A stretch of DNA of 64,000 bases, from contig OZ219786.1 of assembly GCA_964291285.2 (NCBI GenBank), positions 192,001 to 256,000 of the forward strand, in the 5' to 3' direction. The notes under the pieces were generated by a model. The model searched no databases and was not told the DNA's origin. It saw only the letters and a list, made by a program, of their open reading frames with translations. Source of the DNA: Alphaproteobacteria bacterium. GTDB taxonomy: Bacteria; Pseudomonadota; Alphaproteobacteria; Bin95. Below are positions 51,270 to 61,500 of the stretch, piece by piece; positions within the stretch are counted from its first letter, which is position 1; every line of letters begins with the position of its first letter. The position numbers and the translations under genes were made by a program.

Positions 51270-54042
51270 GCATCCCTGGCACAAGGTCGTCACGCCCCGG
51301 CAGGAGGTGCGGGAAGGTCGCTCCTTCAGCCCGGACGAATTCGCCATCGCGCTGGAACAGGTGGTCGCCGGCACGGCGCCGCCCGACTACCGCGACCCGG
51401 CGCAGTTCTTCTCGCGCACCTGCTTCACCCGTGCGCTGACAGACCATGCCGGCATGGTGCTGCGCCGCCTCGCCGGCGAAACGCAGAACACTTCGCCGGT
51501 GCTCACCCTCGTCACCCAGTTCGGCGGCGGCAAGACCCATACCTTGACGGCGCTCTACCATCTCGCCAACGCCGGCGACGGGGTTGCAAGCCTGCCGGGC
51601 GTGTCCGGTCTGCTGGCGGCGGCAGGCGTTTCAAGCCTTCCCGAAGCGCGGGTCGGGGTGTTCGTGGGCAATGCCTGGGATCCCTCCGAAGGCCGCGAGA
51701 CCCCGTGGATCGACTTGGCCCGCCAGCTTGCCGGAGACCGGGGCGTCGCCGCCCTCGGAACGGCGGCGAAGACCACGCCGCCCGGGACCGAGGCTCTCGC
51801 CCGGGTGTTCGCCGTCGCAGAGGCGCCCGTGCTGCTGCTATTCGACGAGGTCCTGAACTTCGTCAACCGCCATCGCGACCGGGCCGAGAGCTTCCACGCC
51901 TTCATCCAGAATCTGACGGTCGCCGTCACCGGGGCCGCCGGGGCGGCGGCGGTCATCAGCCTGCCGCGCAGCCAGGTGGAAATGACGGACTGGGACCGCC
52001 AATGGCAGGACCGCATCACCAAGGTGGTGCGCCGCGTCGCCCGCGACCTGATCGCCAATGACGAAGCCGAGATCGGCGACGTGGTGCGCCGGCGGCTGTT
52101 CGAGGACCTCGGCGACGAGCGGATACGCAAGCGAGTTTCGAAGACCTGCGCGGACTGGTGTTTCGAGAGAACCGCCCGCCTGCCTTCAGAATGGATGTCC
52201 GTGGACAGCGCGACCACAGAGACCAGGGCGCGCGAGTTTCTCAGGCGCCGGTTCGAGGCCTGCTATCCCTTCCACCCTTCGACGCTCTCCGTCTTCCGGA
52301 GGAAATGGAGCGCGCTTCCCCAGTTCCAGCAGACCCGCGGTACGCTTGCCATGCTGGCCCAGTGGATCTCCTGGGCGGCGCGCCAGCACTTCCGGCAGGC
52401 GCGGACGGAGCCGTTGATCACGCTCGGTTCGGCGCCGCTGCATGTGCCGGAGTTCCGCGCGGTCGTGCTCGGCCAGTTGGGCGAACAGCGGCTCGATGTG
52501 GCGATAGCCGCCGATCTCGTGGGCGACACGGCCCATGCCCGCGCGCTGGATGCCGACACGAGGGGAGCGCTGCGCGACATTCACCGCCGGGTCGGCGCGG
52601 CCATCCTGTTCGAGTCTTCCGGCGGGCAGGTGGAGAAGGTGGCGCACCTTCCCGAATTGCGCTTCGCCCTGGGTGAACCCGAAGTCGACACCACGTCCGT
52701 CGACAATGCGGCCGGGGCGCTGGAAACAGCGGGGTTCTTCATCCGCAAGATCGGTACGGACGGTTTCCGCATCCATCACCAGGCGACCCTGAAGAAGGTC
52801 GTCAGCGACCGCCGCGCCGCGCTCGACGAAGAAACGGAAATCCGGCCGGCGATCCGCAAGCTGGTGAAGGAAGAATTCGACCGGGGCGCCAGCCTGCCGG
52901 TCGTCCCCTTTCCGGAAGACGGCGCCGCTGTTCCAGACACGCCGCGCCTTGCGCTGGTCGTCGTCGATCCGGAGGCGGAATGGCAGCCCGGACAGCGGAC
53001 AGCGGAGCGGATTGCGCTATGGACAAGGCAGCGGGGCGCTTCGCCGCGGCTTTATCCCGCCTCCCTGGTCTGGTGCGTCAGGAAGCCGGGGCGCGAACTC
53101 AGGGAGCGCGCGGAGCTGTGGCTCGCCTGGCAGCGGGTCTCCCGCGAGGTGGCCGAAGGCGTGCTCGGCACGGAGTTCGACCGGGCGGATCGGGACGAGG
53201 TGCAGGCCAAGGTCAGGGACGCGGAAAACGCGGCGCGGGACGAGGTGTGGGGCGGCTACCGCTTCGTGGCGCTCGCCGACGCCAGGGCCGAGACAGGACT
53301 CAAGACAATCGATCTCGGCGCGGGGCACAGCAGCGCCAGCGAGACGCTCTGCGGCCGCGTGATCACGGCGCTCAGGACCGAAGCACTGCTCAACGAATCC
53401 GTAGGCGCGGGCTATCTCGACCGCCACTGGCCGCCGGCCTTGAGGGAAAGCGGGGCCTGGCCGCTTACCGGCCTGCGCCAGAGCTTTCTCGACGGGTCGC
53501 TGACCCGGCTCGTCGATCCGGATGCCGTCCTGCGCCGCAAGATCGTCGAATTTGTTGCGAACGGCGACTTCGGCCTCGCATCGGGCACGATGGCGGACGG
53601 CGGGTACGGACGGATCTGGCACGCCGAGCCGGTCGGGGCGGAGGAAGTTGCGTTCGAACCGGACGTGTTCCTGTTGACCAGGGCCCGCAGCGAGGAGATT
53701 CGGGCGGTGGAAGCGCCCGGGCTGCAAACGGCGCCAGACGCCGATACACCGACGCCTCCCAAACCCGGCCCCGACGCCGTGCAGGAGCTCGGGACTGAAA
53801 ACGAACCGCGCGGAAACACCGCACCGGTCCGATTGCGCCTGGCTGGAGTCGTACCGCCGGAAGTCTGGAACCGTCTCGGCACGAAGGTCGTTCCCAGGCT
53901 GCGGGCCGGCAAGGGGCTTGTCGTGGAGGTGAAGTTCGAAGCCGAGATTCCAGCAAACGCTCTCGCCGCCATGGAAGACGACCTCCGGCGAACACTGGAA
54001 GACCTGGACCTGGGGGATACAGTCCGTATCGAACGGCTATAG
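51262..54042 (+). CDS. DUF499 AAA+ ATPase
   Basis: Walker A TQFGGGKTH, Walker B LLLFDE, VVRRRLFE and YPFHP. Confidence 0.88.
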   Translation: MTRHPWHKVVTPRQEVREGRSFSPDEFAIALEQVVAGTAPPDYRDPAQFFSRTCFTRALTDHAGMVLRRLAGETQNTSPVLTLVTQFGGGKTHTLTALYHLANAGDGVASLPGVSGLLAAAGVSSLPEARVGVFVGNAWDPSEGRETPWIDLARQLAGDRGVAALGTAAKTTPPGTEALARVFAVAEAPVLLLFDEVLNFVNRHRDRAESFHAFIQNLTVAVTGAAGAAAVISLPRSQVEMTDWDRQWQDRITKVVRRVARDLIANDEAEIGDVVRRRLFEDLGDERIRKRVSKTCADWCFERTARLPSEWMSVDSATTETRAREFLRRRFEACYPFHPSTLSVFRRKWSALPQFQQTRGTLAMLAQWISWAARQHFRQARTEPLITLGSAPLHVPEFRAVVLGQLGEQRLDVAIAADLVGDTAHARALDADTRGALRDIHRRVGAAILFESSGGQVEKVAHLPELRFALGEPEVDTTSVDNAAGALETAGFFIRKIGTDGFRIHHQATLKKVVSDRRAALDEETEIRPAIRKLVKEEFDRGASLPVVPFPEDGAAVPDTPRLALVVVDPEAEWQPGQRTAERIALWTRQRGASPRLYPASLVWCVRKPGRELRERAELWLAWQRVSREVAEGVLGTEFDRADRDEVQAKVRDAENAARDEVWGGYRFVALADARAETGLKTIDLGAGHSSASETLCGRVITALRTEALLNESVGAGYLDRHWPPALRESGAWPLTGLRQSFLDGSLTRLVDPDAVLRRKIVEFVANGDFGLASGTMADGGYGRIWHAEPVGAEEVAFEPDVFLLTRARSEEIRAVEAPGLQTAPDADTPTPPKPGPDAVQELGTENEPRGNTAPVRLRLAGVVPPEVWNRLGTKVVPRLRAGKGLVVEVKFEAEIPANALAAMEDDLRRTLEDLDLGDTVRIERL

Positions 54043-54111
54043 GCGCTGGCGGGTGGAAACGGTCGCTCGGGGAATATCGCCGTCCTGCAAGCTCTCCGGC
54101 GAGGAAACAGT

Positions 54112-54882
54112 TCAACCCGCAACACCGGAAACATAGGATGGCTTTCTGGCATCCACGATTCGCATAAGGTGGTTCGCCAGCATGATGACTTCCATGGCCT
54201 CCTGCGGATCGTTCATGTGAACGTCGCGATGGGAATTCGGGTTCTTGTATGCGCCGATCGCCCCAGAGAAAAGCTGCATTCGTGCTGCCTTTTCATCCTT
54301 TCCCATATCCATGTCGGTCAGAACCCCTCCCTCGGGTTTGAATGCTTCCTGCATGAGAACGCGGCCGATACAAGTATCAGGGAGGCGGGTGGCTTCCCGG
54401 ACGAAAACTTCGACGCCCTTCATGGCTTGAAATACGGCGACATCGAAGTCACCACGGACGAATGCACACCACACCTTGTCCGCAATCCGGGGATGGAGAA
54501 CCTCTTTTGGGAGAATTCGCGCAACTCTGGAGTTTGCAAATTCCGTTTCATCTTCGTATTGATGTGCCCGTCGACTCAGGATGCGGAAACCGTGTTGACC
54601 ATTCCTGTCAGGGCTCGGGATGAGCATCCCCTGCGCCTCCAGCCATGCCCAAGCCTCACAAATGGCGACCTTTATCTCTTCTTCGTGTTCCTCGACAGAC
54701 CAAAAATCGGATACGCGGTTTCCAGTTACTGTCATGCCGTTCAAGAAATTGCCAAGATGCACCGACTTGTCGCCTTTCTTGATCCGTTGACGCAGCACAA
54801 ACAACAGCTTCGCGCCGAGTTCCTCCGGTTCCAGGGCCAGAAACTGTTCAGTATCTGGTATTCTTTCCGCGAGTTCCCGCAT
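54112..54882 (-). CDS. TIGR02391-family protein (HEPN-like KNPxSH motif)
   Basis: LHPRI...AVFQAMK.VEV.VR...LM..AF...LFSGAIG.YKNPNSHR; low GC. Confidence 0.78.
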   Translation of the reverse strand: MRELAERIPDTEQFLALEPEELGAKLLFVLRQRIKKGDKSVHLGNFLNGMTVTGNRVSDFWSVEEHEEEIKVAICEAWAWLEAQGMLIPSPDRNGQHGFRILSRRAHQYEDETEFANSRVARILPKEVLHPRIADKVWCAFVRGDFDVAVFQAMKGVEVFVREATRLPDTCIGRVLMQEAFKPEGGVLTDMDMGKDEKAARMQLFSGAIGAYKNPNSHRDVHMNDPQEAMEVIMLANHLMRIVDARKPSYVSGVAG

Positions 54883-54960
54883 TGCTCTTCCTTTTTTCAA
54901 CGAAGAGGCGGTTGCGTTGCTCTGCCGGCTGTTCGCGCCCGAAGACTCGGGAGAGGCGCC

Positions 54961-55407
54961 GTGAGGCGCCCGCGCTCCGGGGTGAAGAAGATCGTGCGGT
55001 CCTTTTCCTGCACGGACCTGCAGCGCGACGAGATCGCCACGCGCGCGGCCGCGGCCGGCATGAACCTCTCGCCCTACGTGATCGAGTGCGGCCTGACGGT
55101 CGAACTCGACGCTGCCGAAGACGGGGCCGGCCCGTTGCCGTCGCTTGCCCTCGGCCGGGAGGAACAGCGCCGGCTGCACGACCGCGTCGCCGGGATCGCG
55201 GAACGCTGGCTGGGTCCGGCCGCGCCCGATCCGGCGGGCATGGCGGACCTGCCGGCGGTGCTCGGCGTGCTGCTCGAACGGCTCATGACCGACATGGTCG
55301 AGATGGGGCATGAAGAGCGGATGCGCCGCCTGCTGCTGGATGCCTTCGGCGAGGCCCGGGGCTCGGAGCTTGCCCGCCGGTATGCGGACAAGGCGCGCCG
55401 CCGCTGA
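54961..55407 (+). CDS. MobC/ribbon-helix-helix-like protein
   Basis: GTG start with RBS; RSFSCTDLQRDEIATRAAAAGMNLSPYVIECGL. Confidence 0.6.
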   Translation: MRRPRSGVKKIVRSFSCTDLQRDEIATRAAAAGMNLSPYVIECGLTVELDAAEDGAGPLPSLALGREEQRRLHDRVAGIAERWLGPAAPDPAGMADLPAVLGVLLERLMTDMVEMGHEERMRRLLLDAFGEARGSELARRYADKARRR

Positions 55408-55618
55408 GCCTCGCACGGACATGCGAAAGGAAGGCGGCGGACGGGAAACGGGACGGCGCCCCCGGTGGCGCCCGCGCGGATTTCCCCGCAATGAAGACAG
55501 GCGCGGGACCGGGTACAAGAATAAACGCCCCGGACCGGAGTCGGGGCGACGTGCTGAACGTACAAAGGAAAAGCCCCGGAACCCGCAGGCCCCGGGGCGT
55601 AGTGGCGATGACGATGCC

Positions 55619-56032
55619 TCAGGCGGCGAGGTCCATCTCGTATGCTTCCGGGGGCGGCGCCGGCGGCCGGTTGTCGGCCCGCTCCGGCCTGGGGTCGAGG
55701 AAGTTGATTGCGCCGCGCGGGCCGACCAGGATCTCGGTGGTATAGCGGTCGTTGCCGTCGCGGTCCTTCCACTTCCGGGTGCGCAGCTTGCCGGTGACGT
55801 GCGCCTGGCGGCCCTTGGCGGCGTGCTTGCGCAGCATGGCCACCAGGCCCTCCTGGAAGACGGTGACCCGGTGCCACTCGGTCTGCTGCCTGTATTCCCC
55901 GGACTGCCTGTCCCGGTAGCCTTCGTTGGTGGCGATGCTGAAATTGGCGACTTCGCCGCCGCCGGGGAGGCTGCGGAACTCGGGGTCCGCGCCCAGATTG
56001 CCGATGAGGTCGACGCGATTGAGACCGTTCAT
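55619..56032 (-). CDS. ssb: Single-stranded DNA-binding protein lacking the acidic DDIPF tip
   Basis: Motifs NRVDLIGNLGADPE, TEWHRV and GKLRTRKW; ends EMDLAA. Confidence 0.9.
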   Translation of the reverse strand: MNGLNRVDLIGNLGADPEFRSLPGGGEVANFSIATNEGYRDRQSGEYRQQTEWHRVTVFQEGLVAMLRKHAAKGRQAHVTGKLRTRKWKDRDGNDRYTTEILVGPRGAINFLDPRPERADNRPPAPPPEAYEMDLAA

Positions 56033-56250
56033 GATGCTTGCTCCTTGCAAGGGTTTGATTGCGAGCCGTTGCAACTCACCCCGAACAACCCTTTCCCGAC
56101 CTTCGCGGCGTCGATGCCAGCGCAGGCCGGGGCAGGGAAAGCGGGGAGCGGGATGCCGGGCGAAGGACGCTGCGGAACTCACCCGGCGGGCGGGGCGAAG
56201 GGGGCGCGGACGGAGCGATGCCGCCCGCACCCGGGTCCCCGCCATTGCCG

Positions 56251-56565
56251 TCAGCGGGGGAACCGGCTCCGCTCCAGCATATGGCCCCAGATTGCGGAAC
56301 TGCCCCAATATTGCACCCCCGAGTCGGCCCTCTTCTCGCCCTTGCAGATCAGGATCTCGTTGCGCGCGGGGCGCAGCTCGCGGACGGTCTCCAGCGACAG
56401 GGTCAGCGGACGGCCCTTGCCGCCCGGCAGCCGGCGGATGTCACCGTCGATGCCGGTGCGGTACCGCTCGACCACATAGTGGTCGTCCTGCAGGCCGCGT
56501 CCGAACACGTGGACCAGAAAGCTGTTCGCACCGGGGCGGAAGGCGGACGCATTGGTGGCGGGCAT
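56251..56565 (-). CDS. Conserved small hypothetical protein (zinc-finger module partner, copy 2)
   Basis: Homologous to 35265-35597; AGGAG RBS. Confidence 0.75.
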   Translation of the reverse strand: MPATNASAFRPGANSFLVHVFGRGLQDDHYVVERYRTGIDGDIRRLPGGKGRPLTLSLETVRELRPARNEILICKGEKRADSGVQYWGSSAIWGHMLERSRFPR

Positions 56566-56700
56566 GTCGATAGTCTCCTGTTGGAGGAAGGGGAGCGGGA
56601 GCCGGCCGCCCGGCCACCCGCAGGGATCGCATCGAAAACCCTTTCCCCACCTTCTTCCGGCGTCGATACCGCCAGGGTGGGGAAAGGGAAAACGAGAGCG

Positions 56701-57996
56701 TCAGCGGCCGGCGAATACGGCCGGGCCGGCGTCGGTGACGATCTCGACGTCGTCGAGCGAGAGCTTCGCAAAGGCGAGCGCGGCGGCTACCTCCATTGGA
56801 GTCTCCCAGGTGCCGTGATCAGAGTTGTCGGCAATCCCGATCACGGTGTATCGCGTCGGCAGGTCGGGCATGCCGCGATACGCGTAGCTGCGCTGCCGGT
56901 CGCGGCAGGGGCCGCACTCCCGCATGAGGGGCTCGGGCTCGCGGACGCCGCAGCGGGGACAGAGCCCGGCAGACTGGCGCTCGCGGGTTACCGCATGGTA
57001 GCGGCGGCGGTCGGTGGCAAGGCGCGCCTCGCGGCAGTCCGAGCAGGAATGGGACCCGGGGTCGGGAGGCCGCCTCGTGCAGTGGACACAGACGCCTCGC
57101 GCTTGGGCCTCGGCGATTCTGCGATGCCATCTCGCGCGCTCGGCGGCGCGGCGCTCGTTCCGGCAAGGCGCACATACGGTCGACCCCTCGGCGGGGGAGG
57201 TCTTGCCGCAGCGGATACAAAGCCCTTGGGAGATCCGGGCGAGGGTCCTGCGGTTGTACCGGTCCAGTTCGACGGCCAGACAGGCGTCGCAGGCCAGGCG
57301 CCCGGGCGCGGCGGGTTCCCGGCCGCAATCCACACACAATCCGACGGAGCGGCGGGCATCCCGGCGGCGTCTGGCGGCCTCCCGGTCGCGTTTGGCGGGC
57401 AGCGGCCCGCAGTCCGGGCAGCGGCGGCTGCCGGGAACCGGCGGGGCCTTGCCGCACTCGATGCAGAGCGAGCGGTCGGCCTGCCGGCGGCGGCGGTCGA
57501 TCCGGGCGCGGTAGGTCCGGCGGCGCGCGGCGAGGCAGTCGTCGCAGCACGCATTGCCTTCGGCGGGTGCCCTGTTTCCGCACTGTACGCAGAGGCCGGC
57601 CTGGCGCCGTTCCTCCTTGCGCTCCTGCAGGCGCCGGCGGCTGAGCGCGAGATGTTTCCCGTTGCAGGCGTCGCAAAGCCGTCGGCGGGGTTTCTCGGGC
57701 GTGACGCCGCATTCCTGGCAGAGGCCCCGGTTGCTTCGCAGCAGCCGGCGTTTGCGGGCGGCCTTCCGGTCGCTGGCGCGGCGGTGCTCCTGGCATTCCG
57801 GGCAGTATTTGGCCCCGTCGGGCGGGGAAACCTTGCCGCAGTTGAGGCAAAGGCCGCACGCGGCAAGCCGGTCCCGGGCGCGCGAGGCATTGGACCGCCG
57901 GGCGGGCGCGGCCCCGGTGGCGTTGCCGGAACTGGCCCTGAAGCAATGGAAGCCCGCTGCTTCGGGAGGCGGATGACGGGGGGCAGAAGCCGGCAT
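56701..57996 (-). CDS. Tandem C4 zinc-finger-array protein (8 fingers, ~43-aa period) with a conserved C-terminal domain
   Basis: Eight CxxC-x11-CxxC units. The C-terminus RG.P.....TVI.....HG......VA..LAF.KL....VEIV.DA is shared with 35685-36743. Confidence 0.8.
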   Translation of the reverse strand: MPASAPRHPPPEAAGFHCFRASSGNATGAAPARRSNASRARDRLAACGLCLNCGKVSPPDGAKYCPECQEHRRASDRKAARKRRLLRSNRGLCQECGVTPEKPRRRLCDACNGKHLALSRRRLQERKEERRQAGLCVQCGNRAPAEGNACCDDCLAARRRTYRARIDRRRRQADRSLCIECGKAPPVPGSRRCPDCGPLPAKRDREAARRRRDARRSVGLCVDCGREPAAPGRLACDACLAVELDRYNRRTLARISQGLCIRCGKTSPAEGSTVCAPCRNERRAAERARWHRRIAEAQARGVCVHCTRRPPDPGSHSCSDCREARLATDRRRYHAVTRERQSAGLCPRCGVREPEPLMRECGPCRDRQRSYAYRGMPDLPTRYTVIGIADNSDHGTWETPMEVAAALAFAKLSLDDVEIVTDAGPAVFAGR

Positions 57997-58532
57997 GGGC
58001 GACATCTCCTGCTGGCGGAACGGGCGCGGGGGCCGGTCGCACGGACGCCCCCCGCGAAAATCACCCCGACCAACCCTTTCCCCACCTTCGGACGGACAGG
58101 CCGGACGGCGGCGTTCGCCGGGAACGGCCGGCGGCGACGCCCGGCCGGCCGCGCGGGAGAGAACCGCTGCGGTCCGGATGGGGCGCGGATCGGGACGCCG
58201 GAAGTCGGCCCGCCGCCGTTTCGGCTGCCCCGGCGGCCGGCGCTCCGGGCCGCCGTACCGGGAACCGCCGGCGGGCCTTCCCCCGGAGTCGTGGACGGAG
58301 GGGCGGAAACGGCGTCGGCGGAGAACCGCCTCGGCGTCGTCGATCCGGTTACCGGGTTACCGCTCGGCCTGCCCTGTGCGGTCGCGCGGGCGGCGAAGCG
58401 GGGCCGGGGGCGGGCATGAACGCCTCGCCCTTCGTCATCGGATGCGGGCCGACGGCCGGCCCCGACCGGCCGGGAAGAGCGCGTGCGCCGTCTGCTGCCG
58501 GACGCTTTCGGCGAGCCCGCCGCCGCCGGGCC

Positions 58533-61500
58533 TCACACCGAGATGCCGCCGCCCGGGCCGATATCGCGGGAGAGGCCCTGCTGCCGGGCCGGGTCGCGGA
58601 CGCGGAGGTGGATCTCGAGCCTCCGGCGGGCGCCGGGGTCCAGTTCGGGACGGTCCAGCATCCGCTTTGCCTCCTCGACCACCTGCCTCAGCTCCGGGAC
58701 GTTCAGGCGGGAGTTCTCGAGCCGGGGCGCGAACGCGGTCCAGGCCGCGTCGGTCTCCAGCGCCCGGGCGAGCCTTCCGCTGTCCCGCCCGATGTCCCCG
58801 CGCGCGCCCTCGATACGGTCCAGGTGGGGCGCGTAGCGCGTCCCGGCGAGGACCCGGTCCGCCCTCCCGCAGAGCCGCGCGGCTTCGTCCGCCCAGGCCC
58901 TGTAGCCCGTCCCCTCTTCCGTCACGCTCCGGCGCTGCTCCGCGGCGAGGTCCGACAGCTGCCGGCGCAGGTCCAGCGAGAAGCGGAGTTCCACGACGAG
59001 GTTCTCCACCTCCGCCTTCGCCGCCGCCGCCGCGTCATGCTGCGCGACCAGCCGCTCCAGCAGGGCGCGGGCCTCGGCGTCGAGGTCCGGCTCGGCCGCG
59101 AGCAGCCGCATGCTCCAGACGACCTCCTCATTGCCCTCGCGGTAGAACAGCGGCGTGCCGGTATCCCGCGTCACGACCTTCCGCCTCTTCCGCAGGCAGG
59201 CGGCATGGCGCCGGTCGAGGGAGACCGCGCCTTGCAGCGACTTGCGGTCCCGGGCAATGCCGTCGCGCAGCTCGGGCAGGGCGCCGGCATGGGCGAACGA
59301 GCCGTCTTCGTCCGGAAGGCCCCGCGCCTCCTCCAGAAGCCCGCCGGCCTCCTCCCGCCAGGCCTCCAGTGCAGGAAGCACGGAATAGACCGCCCTGTTC
59401 TCTCCGGCCCCGTCGATCAGGCGCTCGCGCTTTTCCACGCACTCCCGCAGCTTCGCGGCGAGCGGTTCGGCCGCGGCCTTCGCGGCGGCGATGGCGTCGC
59501 GCTCAGCGATCAGGTCCGACAGCTTTCGGCGGAGCGCCGCGTCGAGATGCGCCAACTCCAGCACCCCGGCCATGCGCAGCAGGACCCCGTCGCGGTCTTC
59601 GGCATGGAACCAGTGCGTGCCGGCCTCGTCGGCGCGCGCCTCCAGCTCCTCCCACTCGTCCAGGACGGCGAACGCGGCATCGTCGGCGTCGAGGACGGCG
59701 TGCAGTTCCGCGCCCGCCCCGGCGATCCCGTCGCGGAGCGCGGGCGCGGCGTCCAGATGGGGACGGTAGCGCTCCTCCTCCGCCGCGATCCCGTCCGCCT
59801 CCCTGCGAAGCCGGGATGCATCGTCCCGCCAGATGCGGTAGTTGCCGGCTCCCTCGCCGGCCGGATCGAACTGGATGCGCCGCACCGCGAGCGCCGTGCG
59901 CATCCCGTCATCCAGCCCGTCGAGCGTGGCGCGCGCCTTTCCCGCCGCCTCATGCGCCTCCGCCGCGCGCTCCGCCTCGGCCGCGACGCCCGCCGCCACC
60001 CCGGGGGTCCGGCCCAGTTCCGCGAGCTGCTCGACCGCGTCCGCGCATCCCTCCACATAGAACGGGATCGTGTTCTGCCGCCGCGCCTCTTCCTCCAGCG
60101 CGCGCCAGGCCGAGAGGTCCGGCCACAGCGCCTCGCGCGCCGGGATCGGCAGGGGCGCCGGCGGGGCGATCTCCTCGCCCACCGCCTCCAGCGCCGTCAT
60201 GGCCGTGCCCGCATGCGCCTCCAGCGCCTCGACAAGGTCCTCGCGGTTGTCGGTCAGCACCACCGCATTGTCCCGCGCCCGGCTGATCCCGACATAGAAT
60301 GCCGCCCGGTCCACGGGCAGGCCATGGCCGGAGTCCAGCACCACGATCGCATTGTCGCGGGTCGTGCCCTGCGCCGCATGCAGGGTCGCGCTCCAGGCAT
60401 GGTCCACATGGCGCAGCTGCGGATCGTCCCTGCGCATGGACAGGGTGCGGCCGTCCTCGATACCGATCTTTACCAGCCGGGAGCCGATGGCGAGTACCGC
60501 CGCGTCGCCGCCATTGAAAAGGCCGCGCGCCCTGTCGTTGCGCGTCCAGCGGATGCGGTCGCCCGCCTGGAGGCGGATCGGGCGCGTCTCGTAGGCCTCG
60601 TAGCGGTAGCGGACCGGCTTCGACGGGTCGATCCGGCGCGGGCGCCCGTCGGGATGCTCCAGCAGCACTCGGCCGCCCTCGGCTCCCGTCACCGTGCAGG
60701 CGTCGTCCGCCTTCACCCGGAACCGGTAGAGGTCGTTGTGGAACACCAGCACGTCGCCGGGGCGGTAGTTGGCGACATCCGCCTTCTGCGCGCGCGTCAG
60801 CCCGAGGCCGACAAGCCGGTCGATCTCCAGCACCCGCCCGTGCAGCAGGCCTTCGTCGCGCAGCCCCTCGCGCACCGCCTCGTTGATGTCCTCCCGGAGC
60901 GCATGCGTCGGCGCCATTATCGCCGTCCGGGCGCGCGCCTCCGGGTGCAGCGAGAGCCAGAGCCGGGCGGCCGCCTCGCCGAGCTCGTCCGACTCAGCCT
61001 CGTGGACATTGCCGCCGAGCCGCTCCATGGCCTCGGCAGGCTCGCCCTCCCGGATGGCCGTTACCGCCTCGCGCAGGTCGAGGTCGCGCTGGCGCAACAC
61101 CTCGTCCATGCGCGCCGTCGCCATGCCCGCCTGCTGGAGCTGCCGGAACGGCTGCCCGGCCTCCACCGAACGCAGCTGCCCGGTGTCGCCGACCAGCGCC
61201 AGGCGCGCGATGCCGATCCGCTCGGCGATCCGCATCAGCTGGCGCATCTGCGCCGAACTCACCATCGAGGCCTCGTCCACCGCCAGCACCGCGCCGCCGA
61301 ACGCAAGCCGCGCCTCGGCCAGCCGTTCCGGCCCCGCAATCCGGTCGCCGATGTCCCGGTGGCGCGCGAGGAACCACTGCAGCGTCCGCGCCGGGATGCC
61401 CGCCTCCCGCTCCAGCGCCCGCACCGCCGCCATCGACGGCGCCAGCCCCACCACCTTGCGCTCTCCGGCAAGCCGGGCCGTCTCGCGCAGCATGACCGTC

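Larger units (their letters stand above)
56076..58090 (-). repeat. Conserved intergenic repeat upstream of three consecutive genes (56076-56105, 56637-56654, 58061-58090)
   Basis: TCACCCCGAaCAACCCTTTCCCgACCTTCG versus TCACCCCGAcCAACCCTTTCCCcACCTTCG (28/30). The middle copy AACCCTTTCCCCACCTTC pairs with GGTGGGGAAAGGG at about 56676-56688. Confidence 0.85.

Noticed and set aside
56076-58090. CRISPR array or integron attC interpretation of the intergenic repeats
   Set aside because: The repeats are separated by whole genes, there are no cas genes, there are no RYYYAAC/GTTRRRY boxes, and no integrase looks like IntI.
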